NCBI GenBank assembly: GCA_963840935.1
Contig: CAWJAS010000001.1
Location: 1-43,901 of the forward strand
Length of the DNA stretch: 43,901 nt
Direction of reading: 5' to 3'
Source: Candidatus Magasanikiibacteriota bacterium
Lineage (GTDB): Bacteria; Patescibacteriota; Patescibacteriia; Magasanikbacterales; GWA2-37-8
In this document: positions 27,375 to 35,635 of the stretch, one piece after another
Layout of the letters: every line of letters begins with the position of its first letter
How positions within the stretch are numbered: position 1 is the stretch's first letter
The notes under the pieces: generated by a model
The model's input: the letters and a program-made list of their open reading frames with translations, nothing else
Told to the model about the DNA's origin: nothing
The model's database searches: none
Program-made: the position numbers and the translations under genes

Positions 27375-27929
27375 TCAAGAATTGCGAGAAAAAACGGCTT
27401 GGCCGGTATATAGCCCGCCATTAGACACATCAACATTCCAACCTCCATTATACCAGTGCACATATACTACACGTATTCTGCCTTTGATATCGTGAATGTA
27501 GAAGAAATTCGCAAAACCGCTGGTCAAAAGAGGCCCAGATTCTCCGCGGGGTTGAAGCTTTAGAAGTTCAAACACACCGGCCAGTGTGACTAAGGCTACT
27601 TTTTCCCCGCCGAGGAATACATACATATCTGTATCCGACGAATCGTGCTTAACTATGTGATGGAATTTCGGAGGTTTTACTATCACTACTTCAACCTTTT
27701 CTAAAAAATATTCCCGGAAACCTCTACCAATGCAATAGAATCCAACCTCCGAATTGTCCACCTTGAAGTGGTCGGCGACAACGAACAACTGTTTCAACGC
27801 GATCTTGTCCGGCGTACCCAGCCCTCCCTTAAGAAACTCACCGAGCTCCTTCGCGAACGCATCGCCGTTTTTTCCGGCCAGGCGTTCTCTTATCTCTCCG
27901 ATCAAATTCCACGATGCTTTGTAGTCCAT
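27375..27929 (-). CDS. Hypothetical protein resembling CPR DGR-target (lectin-fold) family
   Basis: SD-like AAGGA before MDYKAS; QPRGESGPLLTSGFANFFYI...W..GGWNV...VFSRNS; family assignment from recalled similarity only. Confidence 0.7.
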   Translation of the reverse strand: MDYKASWNLIGEIRERLAGKNGDAFAKELGEFLKGGLGTPDKIALKQLFVVADHFKVDNSEVGFYCIGRGFREYFLEKVEVVIVKPPKFHHIVKHDSSDTDMYVFLGGEKVALVTLAGVFELLKLQPRGESGPLLTSGFANFFYIHDIKGRIRVVYVHWYNGGWNVDVSNGGLYTGQAVFSRNS

Positions 27930-28121
27930 GATTTTTCCTTTCCGCCAAAGGCATTGGACGGGACAGCTCCGACTTTGCGGAACCGGCCAGGCCATTCACC
28001 TTTTGGCAAAAATTGCCGGTCGGACTAACCGGCGTTACGATGAAAAGAACATTTGTTAATGAAGTCAAACACTTTTTCGCCATTTTGTCAATGATATGCT
28101 ATAATCTGGCTATACATATAT

Positions 28122-29534
28122 ATGAACGAAACGCGCGAAATCGCAAAAAATACAATTTGGCAATTTTCCGGAAAGATTATTAGCACAATCTTAGGGCTTG
28201 TGGCCATCGCCATTATGACCCGCTCTCTTGGCGTTGAACAATTTGGCTGGTATGCCACCGCCATCGGCTTTTTGCAATTCATCGGAATTTTCACCGACTT
28301 TGGCTTCACGGTGGTCACATCAACCATGCTATCCCAGCCCGCTTTTGACAAAAAAAAATTATTGAACAATCTTTTTACATGGCGGTTTATAACCGCCCTT
28401 CTCACCCAAGGTATTATTCCTTTAACCATTTTCTTTTTTCCTTATCCCGCGCCGATTAAGTGGGCGGCAATAATCATGGCTCTTTCTTTTATCGGTGTGT
28501 CTCTCAACCAAGTTCTGATTGCTTTTTATCAAACGCGACTTTCCATGCATATTCAAGCCATCGGCGAAGTAATCGGCCGAATCGTGCTTGTTTCAGGCCT
28601 CATCTTGGTCGCTTGGGGCAACTACGGATTTTTGCCGATGATGGCCGTAATCACTCTCGCCTCTTTTGCTTACACCGGCTATCTTTGGTACCGAGCCGAA
28701 CCAATTCGTTTTGAAATTAATTTGGACATCAGCAAAGCGATTTATAAAAAAATCTGGCCAACGGCTTTAGCTGTTATTTTTAATTGTTTTTATTTGCAGG
28801 GCGACAGGGTTATTCTGCCTTTGTATGCCTCGCAAACCGAAGTCGGACTTTATGGCGCCGCTTATAGGGTAATTGATATAGCGCTTCAAGTTTCATCAAT
28901 GCTTATCGGTCTTTTACTCCCTCTTATTTCGTTCGCTTACTCGCGAGGGAACCGTGAAAATTTTGTCAAAGAATCACAGCGTGCATTTGATTTGATGATT
29001 TTATTTATATTTCCAATTATCGCCGGAGTGCTGGCACTGGCAAAACCGATAATGAGTTTTGTTGGCGGTTCGGAATTCGCCGCCTCGGGAATATTTTTAC
29101 GCATTCAAATTTTAACCATGTTCGGCATTTGTTTTGGTATGGTCTTTGGCCATATTAATCTTGCAATCAATCGGCAAAAACAGGCGCTTTGGATATATGT
29201 GATAGTGGCAATATTTGGTGTTGTCGCTTATTTTATGCTCATACCAAAAATGGGTGGCATGGGCGCGGCCTGGGTCAGAGTCGGCACGGAATTAACGGCC
29301 GGCATCGGGCTTATGATAATAACCGGCTACTATTCAAAATTTTGGCCGGGACTTCGGGCATTCATTAAAATCGCTTTTGCCAGCGCCACAATGGGTTTGG
29401 TCGTGTGGTATATGCAACCGGCAAACTTATTTGTCTCGATTATTGTTGGCGCCTTTATTTACGGCGCGCTAATTTTGTTGCTAAGAGTGGTTTCCAAACA
29501 AACTCTTAACAAAATTTTGGCCCGTGGCAATTAA
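28122..29534 (+). CDS. Polysaccharide flippase (Wzx/MOP superfamily)
   Basis: IAKNTIWQ, RSLGVEQFG, DFG, VGLYGAAYR; multiple TM helices. Confidence 0.9.
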   Translation: MNETREIAKNTIWQFSGKIISTILGLVAIAIMTRSLGVEQFGWYATAIGFLQFIGIFTDFGFTVVTSTMLSQPAFDKKKLLNNLFTWRFITALLTQGIIPLTIFFFPYPAPIKWAAIIMALSFIGVSLNQVLIAFYQTRLSMHIQAIGEVIGRIVLVSGLILVAWGNYGFLPMMAVITLASFAYTGYLWYRAEPIRFEINLDISKAIYKKIWPTALAVIFNCFYLQGDRVILPLYASQTEVGLYGAAYRVIDIALQVSSMLIGLLLPLISFAYSRGNRENFVKESQRAFDLMILFIFPIIAGVLALAKPIMSFVGGSEFAASGIFLRIQILTMFGICFGMVFGHINLAINRQKQALWIYVIVAIFGVVAYFMLIPKMGGMGAAWVRVGTELTAGIGLMIITGYYSKFWPGLRAFIKIAFASATMGLVVWYMQPANLFVSIIVGAFIYGALILLLRVVSKQTLNKILARGN

Positions 29535-29594
29535 TTGTCGTATTGGGTATTTTTTGCTAAAATAGTATTATTATACTAACTTAAAAATATAAAT

Positions 29595-30647
29595 ATGGAT
29601 TTTTCAAAAATCAAAAATTATGTCTTTATCGGTTTGCTCGTAATAGTAACCTTGGTATTTCTTTCAATGCTCAAGGTATTTGTCTACCCGATTTTTTGGG
29701 CGGCCATCATAGCCGGCATGTTTTATTCGGTTTACAAAGCCATCAATAAAAAAATAAAAGTACCTAATTTGAGCACAGCCATAACCATGACGCTTATCTT
29801 AATAATTATTGTAGTTCCATTATTTTTTATCAGTATTTTAGTGGTACGAGAATCAATTGATATTTATTCGGCCATAAATCAAAAAAGCGGGCAATTTAAC
29901 GCAGAGATTGTTCAAGCGATGGATTGGATAAAAAATCATCAAATAACTTCCGGATTGAATATTAATGAAGAATTTTGGGCGCAAAAATTTTCCGATATCG
30001 CCACGTCCATTACTTCATTTATTTTGAATTCAGCCAAACAATTCACGCAAAATTCCATTGTGTTTTTCATAATGTTTTTTATCACTTTTTATACTTTATT
30101 CTACTTCATCAGAGACGGCGAAAAATTGCTCAAAAAGCTAATGCACTTATGCCCACTCGGGAATGATAAAGAAAAAATGCTTTACACAAAATTCACTTCC
30201 ACCACGCGAGCGACTCTTAAGGGTTCCTTAATTATTGGCCTTATTCAAGGCGCTTTGGGCGGAATTATGTTCGCGGTCGCCGGAATTCATGGAGCGATTA
30301 TTTGGGGACTGCTTATGGTCTTGCTATCTTCTGTGCCGGCGGTAGGTTCGTATTTTATCTGGTTGCCCGCGGCAATAATAATGATTATTGCCGGCCACTT
30401 GTGGACCGGCATTGGCATGATACTCTTTGGAGCGCTTGTGATTGGCACAATTGATAATATTTTACGGCCGATTCTTGTTGGCAAAGATTCACAAATGCAT
30501 CCGCTCTTGGTAATGCTTTCCACACTGGGGGGTATCGCCGTATTTGGAATTTCCGGTTTTGTAATTGGACCAATTATTGCTTCTCTTCTTTTGGCATTCT
30601 GGGAGATGTACGAGCATTATTACAGAAAAGAATTGGATTGTAATTAA
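29595..30647 (+). CDS. AI-2E family transporter
   Basis: FIRDG, IDNILRPILVG, HPLL, GFVIGP. Confidence 0.92.
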   Translation: MDFSKIKNYVFIGLLVIVTLVFLSMLKVFVYPIFWAAIIAGMFYSVYKAINKKIKVPNLSTAITMTLILIIIVVPLFFISILVVRESIDIYSAINQKSGQFNAEIVQAMDWIKNHQITSGLNINEEFWAQKFSDIATSITSFILNSAKQFTQNSIVFFIMFFITFYTLFYFIRDGEKLLKKLMHLCPLGNDKEKMLYTKFTSTTRATLKGSLIIGLIQGALGGIMFAVAGIHGAIIWGLLMVLLSSVPAVGSYFIWLPAAIIMIIAGHLWTGIGMILFGALVIGTIDNILRPILVGKDSQMHPLLVMLSTLGGIAVFGISGFVIGPIIASLLLAFWEMYEHYYRKELDCN

Positions 30648-30674
30648 ATAGTTCAAGTCCAAACCGCAAAAATA

Positions 30675-30707
30675 AAAATACTTCCCAATTATAGGGAAGT
30701 ATTTTTT
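30675..30707. terminator. Bidirectional terminator
   Basis: aaaaatacttccc-aattata-gggaagtattttt between convergent genes. Confidence 0.75.
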
Positions 30708-30708
30708 G

Positions 30709-30781
30709 TTGCGGGGCTAGGACTTGAACCTAGAACCTTCGGGTTATGGGCCCGACGAGCTGCCAGTTGCTCTACCCCGCT
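30709..30781 (-). tRNA. Initiator tRNA-fMet (CAT)
   Basis: Three consecutive G-C pairs in the anticodon stem (TCGGG-CCCATAA-CCCGA); unpaired A1:A72. Confidence 0.92.
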
Positions 30782-30808
30782 ATGTTTAATTTTTTACTAT
30801 TTAGCCAG

Positions 30809-30880
30809 AGCGGGTGAGCGGAATCGAACCGCCATCTCATCCTTGGCAAGGACGTATACTAACCGTTGTACTACACCCGC
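30809..30880 (-). tRNA. tRNA-Gly (GCC)
   Basis: GCGGGTG/CACCCGC acceptor; CGTCC-TTGCCAA-GGATG anticodon arm. Confidence 0.95.
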
Positions 30881-30901
30881 AAAAATATTTTTGTGATGTT
30901 A

Positions 30902-30930
30902 ATTGTATAATAAAATCGTTATCTTGTCAA
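30902..30930 (-). promoter_or_regulatory. Promoter for tRNA-Gly/tRNA-fMet
   Basis: TTGACA-17 bp-TACAAT. Confidence 0.7.
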
Positions 30931-30991
30931 GAAATACGCGAAAAATCGATTTTATTATTAAAAACACCCGGCCTCAAGCCGGGGTTTCTTT

Positions 30992-31189
30992 TTACCAATC
31001 ATTCTTCGCCATATCGTCATCGTCGTCATCATCAATTTTATCGCTCAAATCTATTTTTTTGACCACGATATCGTCGTCTTCGTCACCGTCAACTTCATCG
31101 ACCTCATGGAAACCCTCCATTTCCTCGTCTTTTTCTTCGGAAAGATCTTCGTTTTCCGAATCAAAATCGTCGATAATATTTGTCGTCAT
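30992..31189 (-). CDS. Small very acidic protein, 65 aa
   Basis: ATG ORF with upstream TTGACA-17-TATTAT (31267-31239) and a downstream hairpin. Confidence 0.65.
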   Translation of the reverse strand: MTTNIIDDFDSENEDLSEEKDEEMEGFHEVDEVDGDEDDDIVVKKIDLSDKIDDDDDDDMAKNDW

Positions 31190-31273
31190 AAAGCCTAAAA
31201 AAGCTAAAATAATTAAAATATATAAACTTTCTAAAAAAATAATATATTATTCACCAAAAATTGTCAAGTAAAA

Positions 31274-31567
31274 TTATCGGAAAAAAATGAACCAAACTAG
31301 AAAAATTTGCCCTCCAAGAATAACTGCAAAAACCGCCTGAAAAGACGTTTTTTTTGTTTTATGGCGAAATATTTTCATGCCAAGCAAAGCACCCAAAGAC
31401 CCACCGATTAAAGCAATAATTAAAAGCATTTTTTCGCTTATTCTTCTAGCGCCTGTATGACCCGCCTTGGCTTTATCCAGGCCGTAAATAAAAAAAGCAA
31501 CCAAATTAATAATGGCAAAGTAGGCTATGATAGCAAGCTGACCGGTAGTAATAATTATAGTGCCCAT
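31274..31567 (-). CDS. DUF1294 family membrane protein
   Basis: DKAKA..RRISE..L...GGSLGA..M..FRHKTKK. Confidence 0.9.
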   Translation of the reverse strand: MGTIIITTGQLAIIAYFAIINLVAFFIYGLDKAKAGHTGARRISEKMLLIIALIGGSLGALLGMKIFRHKTKKTSFQAVFAVILGGQIFLVWFIFFR

Positions 31568-31646
31568 ATATTTTTTATATTATAGCAAATTCGAAGAATA
31601 TTGACTAAACGTCAAAAATTAGATATTATGATTTAGAAATATATAA

Positions 31647-31722
31647 TGCGGGTATCATATACTTTGGTATATAATATCCTTACTCGGAAGTATGAGAGCA
31701 CGGCTCTCATACTTCGCTCGTT
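31647..31722 (+). repeat. Duplicated tRNA-Gly 5' end plus hairpin
   Basis: tgcgggtatcatata at 31647-31661 and 31722-31736; 13-bp hairpin 31687-31715. Confidence 0.8.
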
Positions 31723-31794
31723 GCGGGTATCATATAATGGTTATTATCCCAGTTTTCCAAACTGGTGACAGGGGTTCGATTCCCCTTACCCGCT
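31723..31794 (+). tRNA. tRNA-Gly (TCC)
   Basis: GCGGGTA/TACCCGC acceptor; CCAGT-TTTCCAA-ACTGG anticodon arm. Confidence 0.95.
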
Positions 31795-31884
31795 CAAACC
31801 CGTCAGTCGTGACTGACGGGTTAAATATTAATAAAGAATCAAAAAAAACCGCCTAAATTAATAGACGGTTTTTAATTTTGTTAT

Positions 31885-32445
31885 TTACGCCCTAGCTGAA
31901 TACAATCCAGTTTCCGTATTTACCAATATTTCTTCGCCTTCTTTAATAAAAATTGGTGCCGCGATGCGCAGTCCATTCTCCAAAGCCACTTCCTTTGTAA
32001 CATTACCGGAAGCGCTGTCGCCTTTAACGGCGGGGGGTGCTTCCACCACCTTGTATTGCACTTTTTTTGGCAGTTGAATACTAACCGGCCTTTCTTCATA
32101 AATGCCAACAATTACCTCAAGGCCTTCTTTCAAATATTTTGCCTCGTCGCCAATCAAGTCACCGTTCATCTCGATTTGCTCGTAACTTTGCATATTCATA
32201 AAAGCATAATTGTCGCCTGTTTTGTACAGATATTGCATTGTTTGAAATTGAACTGAAACAATATCAACCGTTTCAACAGTTTTATATGTTATTTCAATCA
32301 CTTTGCCGGAAGCGAGTGATTTCATGCGGGTGCGCACAAAGGCCGCCCCCTTACCCGGATTAACATGCTGAAATTCGACAACGACAAATAAATCATTTTG
32401 ATGCCTTATAACAACGCCCTTTCTTATTTCTGATGTGGAAGCCAT
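31885..32445 (-). CDS. efp: Elongation factor P
   Basis: HVNPGKGAAFVR, KGDSA, PIFIKEGE. Confidence 0.97.
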   Translation of the reverse strand: MASTSEIRKGVVIRHQNDLFVVVEFQHVNPGKGAAFVRTRMKSLASGKVIEITYKTVETVDIVSVQFQTMQYLYKTGDNYAFMNMQSYEQIEMNGDLIGDEAKYLKEGLEVIVGIYEERPVSIQLPKKVQYKVVEAPPAVKGDSASGNVTKEVALENGLRIAAPIFIKEGEEILVNTETGLYSARA

Positions 32446-32478
32446 ATAGGAAATTTATAACGATTAAGCAACGGGATA

Positions 32479-33018
32479 TTAAACAATTTTTGTATTCTTG
32501 TCAATAACTCTATTATTTCGCATAGAATGAAACGCCATCAATAATTTTTGGACGCCTTTTTCCACCGATGGATGAATTAATTTAACAAATCCTAATCCAA
32601 GCACCATCCACAAAACTCCATGATACAAATCAATGTGGCCATGAAAATTGGCAAAATTTTTGCTATAATCCCAAGCCCGATGGCCAAGCACAGAGAGCGT
32701 TATTACTCCTCCAAAATATTCCACTGTCGTCATAATCGCTCCGACGACCGGCATAAGCAATAATGGATTTTTATTCCACAATAATTTTTTTACAGAAATA
32801 ATGAGTAACGCCCCAAAACCGTAAATAGGCGCGAAAGAAATCGGCAAAAGAAAACTTTTAAACATTCCTCCCAAAATAATATATCCGCTAACAAATGACC
32901 CATGCATGGAATCAATTAGCCACCCGACAAAACCATAAATCAAAAAATACGCCACATACTGTTCCAATACGGATAAATCTGGCTCAAAAAATTTTGAAAA
33001 AAACTTTTTCACAATCAA
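32479..33018 (-). CDS. Putative ABC-transporter-type IV permease-like membrane protein
   Basis: GW..D, PIYGFG, EYFGG, WDYS, NFHGHI motifs; start uncertain. Confidence 0.75.
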   Translation of the reverse strand: MIVKKFFSKFFEPDLSVLEQYVAYFLIYGFVGWLIDSMHGSFVSGYIILGGMFKSFLLPISFAPIYGFGALLIISVKKLLWNKNPLLLMPVVGAIMTTVEYFGGVITLSVLGHRAWDYSKNFANFHGHIDLYHGVLWMVLGLGFVKLIHPSVEKGVQKLLMAFHSMRNNRVIDKNTKIV

Positions 33019-33070
33019 ATTAACCGTTAACTTTCAAAAGCTAAATCCTATTATACCATTTACATAGATA

Positions 33071-34093
33071 TTATTCACCTATGGCCTGGAAAATCACTTC
33101 ATTAATATCTTTCACACCGGTGAAAAGCATAATCATCCGGTCAACACCAAGTGCGATTCCGCCGGCTTCGGGTAAGCCCGACTCCAATGCAAAAATAAAT
33201 TCTTCATCAATCGGCCATGTTTCTTTGCTCATGCTCATTCTTTTTTGTTTATCGATTTCAAGACGATTTTCTTGTTCTTTGGCATCGGTTAATTCACCAA
33301 AAGCATTGGCCAGCTCAAGCCCGCCAATATACAATTCAAACCTTTCGGAATAGCGCGAGTCATTTTTTGACAAACGGGAGAGCGAACACATTTGCTCCGG
33401 ATAATCATAAATAATAATCGGTTTTTCTGCGCCCAATTTCAATTCAATTTCATTTAAAAATATTTTATAAAACAGATCCTCATATGGCTCATCCGTTTCG
33501 GCCGTGTACCCGCGTTCAAGCGCCAAAGTCGCCATTTTTTCTGCCGTCAAATAATCGTTCAGATCAACGCCAATAAATTTTTGCCAAATTTCTCGCATTG
33601 TCGCCCTCTCCCACGCAACGTTAATTTTTATGTTTTTTTCTTTATACTGAATTTGGTCTGCGTTTAATTGTTTCGCGATAAATTTAAATAAATTCTCGGT
33701 ATCATCCATAATTTCTTCGATGGTTCCCGGCGCTCGATACCACTCAATCATGGTGAATTCCGGATTATGATTACCGCCAAATTGCTCAAAATCACGAAAA
33801 CATTTACAAATTTGAAAAATCTTTTCATAGCCCGAGGCTAATAATTTTTTCATGGCAAACTCGGGTGATGTTTGCAAATAAAACTTATGTTCTTCTCCGT
33901 GAGGGTCGTGCAATATTATCGGAACGGGATTCAAATACGGCTCCTGCCCGGAAAAACGAAGAGCAACCGGCGTTTCGACTTCCTTAAAATCATTTGACCA
34001 AAAAAATTCTCGAATTAAACGAATTATTTTAATCCTTTTTTCATATATATCGCGAAGACGAGAGTCATTTTTTAAATCAATCCAATTTGACAT
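33071..34093 (-). CDS. epmA: EF-P lysine aminoacylase EpmA/GenX
   Basis: LQTSPEFAMKKLL, HNPEFTMIEWY, ELANAFGELTD and GIALGVDR; no anticodon-binding domain; near efp. Confidence 0.92.
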   Translation of the reverse strand: MSNWIDLKNDSRLRDIYEKRIKIIRLIREFFWSNDFKEVETPVALRFSGQEPYLNPVPIILHDPHGEEHKFYLQTSPEFAMKKLLASGYEKIFQICKCFRDFEQFGGNHNPEFTMIEWYRAPGTIEEIMDDTENLFKFIAKQLNADQIQYKEKNIKINVAWERATMREIWQKFIGVDLNDYLTAEKMATLALERGYTAETDEPYEDLFYKIFLNEIELKLGAEKPIIIYDYPEQMCSLSRLSKNDSRYSERFELYIGGLELANAFGELTDAKEQENRLEIDKQKRMSMSKETWPIDEEFIFALESGLPEAGGIALGVDRMIMLFTGVKDINEVIFQAIGE

Positions 34094-34162
34094 AATTATT
34101 ATTTAAAAATAACGGTACACTTTATTTGTGTACCGCCAATTTTTTATATTTCAAACAATCGA

Positions 34163-34387
34163 TTACTTCGGCATGAAAGACATGAGCGAAATTTGGCGCG
34201 CTTTCTTTATCGCGCGAGCCACCTGTCGCTGATGCTTTGCGCAAAGTCCGCTTCTGCGTCGCGGGGCAATCTTCATGTATGAAGAAACGAAACGGCGCAA
34301 ATTACCGATATCTTTATAATCAACAATCTGGCGATTATTGGCGCAGTAAAGACAAACTTTTGCTGATTGATTCTTATTATTGGTCAT
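34163..34387 (-). CDS. rpsR: 30S ribosomal protein S18 (zinc-binding type)
   Basis: CLYC, DYKD, CAKHQR, AIKKAR. Confidence 0.96.
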   Translation of the reverse strand: MTNNKNQSAKVCLYCANNRQIVDYKDIGNLRRFVSSYMKIAPRRRSGLCAKHQRQVARAIKKARQISLMSFMPK

Positions 34388-34396
34388 AACTATTTA

Positions 34397-34846
34397 TTAA
34401 AACGGAATATCTTCAACCTTTATTTCTTCTTCCATTACTTCGGATGGGTCTCCTCCCGCATCGTTCATCGGAGACGGACCGGATGACGCACCGCTAAATC
34501 CGGATGAGTCAGCGCCTTGGCGGGCGGAAAGCATTATCATGTTTTCTCCAATAATCTCTGTTCGATATCTTTTTATTCCATCTTGGCCGGTCCACTCGCG
34601 CGTTTGCAATCTGCCTTCAACATAAATTCTTTGGCCCTTTTTTAAATATTGTCCTACTATTTCCGCTAATTTACCCCAAAAAACCACATTGTGAAACTCG
34701 GCCTGTTTTTGCTTTTGTCCGTTCGCGTCATTCCAATAACGGTTTGTGGCCACACCAAATGAAGCGACGCTTTTGCCGGTCGGAGTTGACCGAACTTCCG
34801 GGTCGCGAGTTAGATTGCCAATTATCATCGCGCGATTTAAATCCAT
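34397..34846 (-). CDS. ssb: Single-stranded DNA-binding protein
   Basis: IIGNLTRDPE, VEGRLQTR, C-terminal DIPF. Confidence 0.97.
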   Translation of the reverse strand: MDLNRAMIIGNLTRDPEVRSTPTGKSVASFGVATNRYWNDANGQKQKQAEFHNVVFWGKLAEIVGQYLKKGQRIYVEGRLQTREWTGQDGIKRYRTEIIGENMIMLSARQGADSSGFSGASSGPSPMNDAGGDPSEVMEEEIKVEDIPF

Positions 34847-34867
34847 ATTTTTTTTAATTATTTATTA

Positions 34868-35434
34868 TTATATATTTATATTGTCATCCGATAAAATCTC
34901 GTCTAATTTTTTATCGATTTCTTTGAGATCCATCTCCTCGGGTTGTGATTTTGTCTCAATGACAATTTCTTTTTCCGGCACGACGACCTCATCTTCTTTT
35001 GTTACTACTTCTTCCGTCGGTTCGGGTGTAACGTGAATCTCTTCTTTTTCCACCGGACTGTCATCAAAATGTTTTTCACCTCTCGCATCTTCGCTAAAAC
35101 TGCTCTTATTTTCATCGCTAAAAAACTTGTTATTTTCGGCTCCTTCCATCGCATTATTGTAATTCGATAAAACAGCGCGCAATAAACCGCGAAATAATTT
35201 AATTTTATCTTCAATAATTTTTATGTTTTGCGGTTCAGACTGAAAAACGATTGAATAAAAATATCCATAACGGACATTTTTTATCGGAAAAGCAAGGCGA
35301 TTTTTGCCCATTGACTTAACGCTTGATTCACTGCCAAACTCATTAACAATAGCCAAAACCTCGCCCATTTTAACTTCTGATTCATTTTCGTCTAAAGTTC
35401 CGGGTAATACCAGGAATAATTCGTATTTTTTCAT
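34868..35434 (-). CDS. rpsF: 30S ribosomal protein S6 with a long acidic extension
   Basis: MKKYE, GKNRLAFPIK, GYF; rpsF-ssb-rpsR synteny. Confidence 0.92.
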   Translation of the reverse strand: MKKYELFLVLPGTLDENESEVKMGEVLAIVNEFGSESSVKSMGKNRLAFPIKNVRYGYFYSIVFQSEPQNIKIIEDKIKLFRGLLRAVLSNYNNAMEGAENNKFFSDENKSSFSEDARGEKHFDDSPVEKEEIHVTPEPTEEVVTKEDEVVVPEKEIVIETKSQPEEMDLKEIDKKLDEILSDDNINI

Positions 35435-35635
35435 AATTTATTAAATAATCAATTACCGGCCTTTACAAATATTACAGCCGATTTAGCGCATATACTATAT
35501 CATAAAAATTAAATATGTCAACACCCGGAGAACGCCTCATTTTATCAACAGAAAACTCCACTAATTGTTCAAAATGTGCTATTATTATGTAGGAAGTGTC
35601 AAAATGACGCGTTTTTTGAGGTTAATAATATTTTT

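Noticed and set aside
24000-28100. Complete DGR cassette
   Set aside because: No reverse transcriptase, Avd-like gene or AAC-rich template repeat seen in the window
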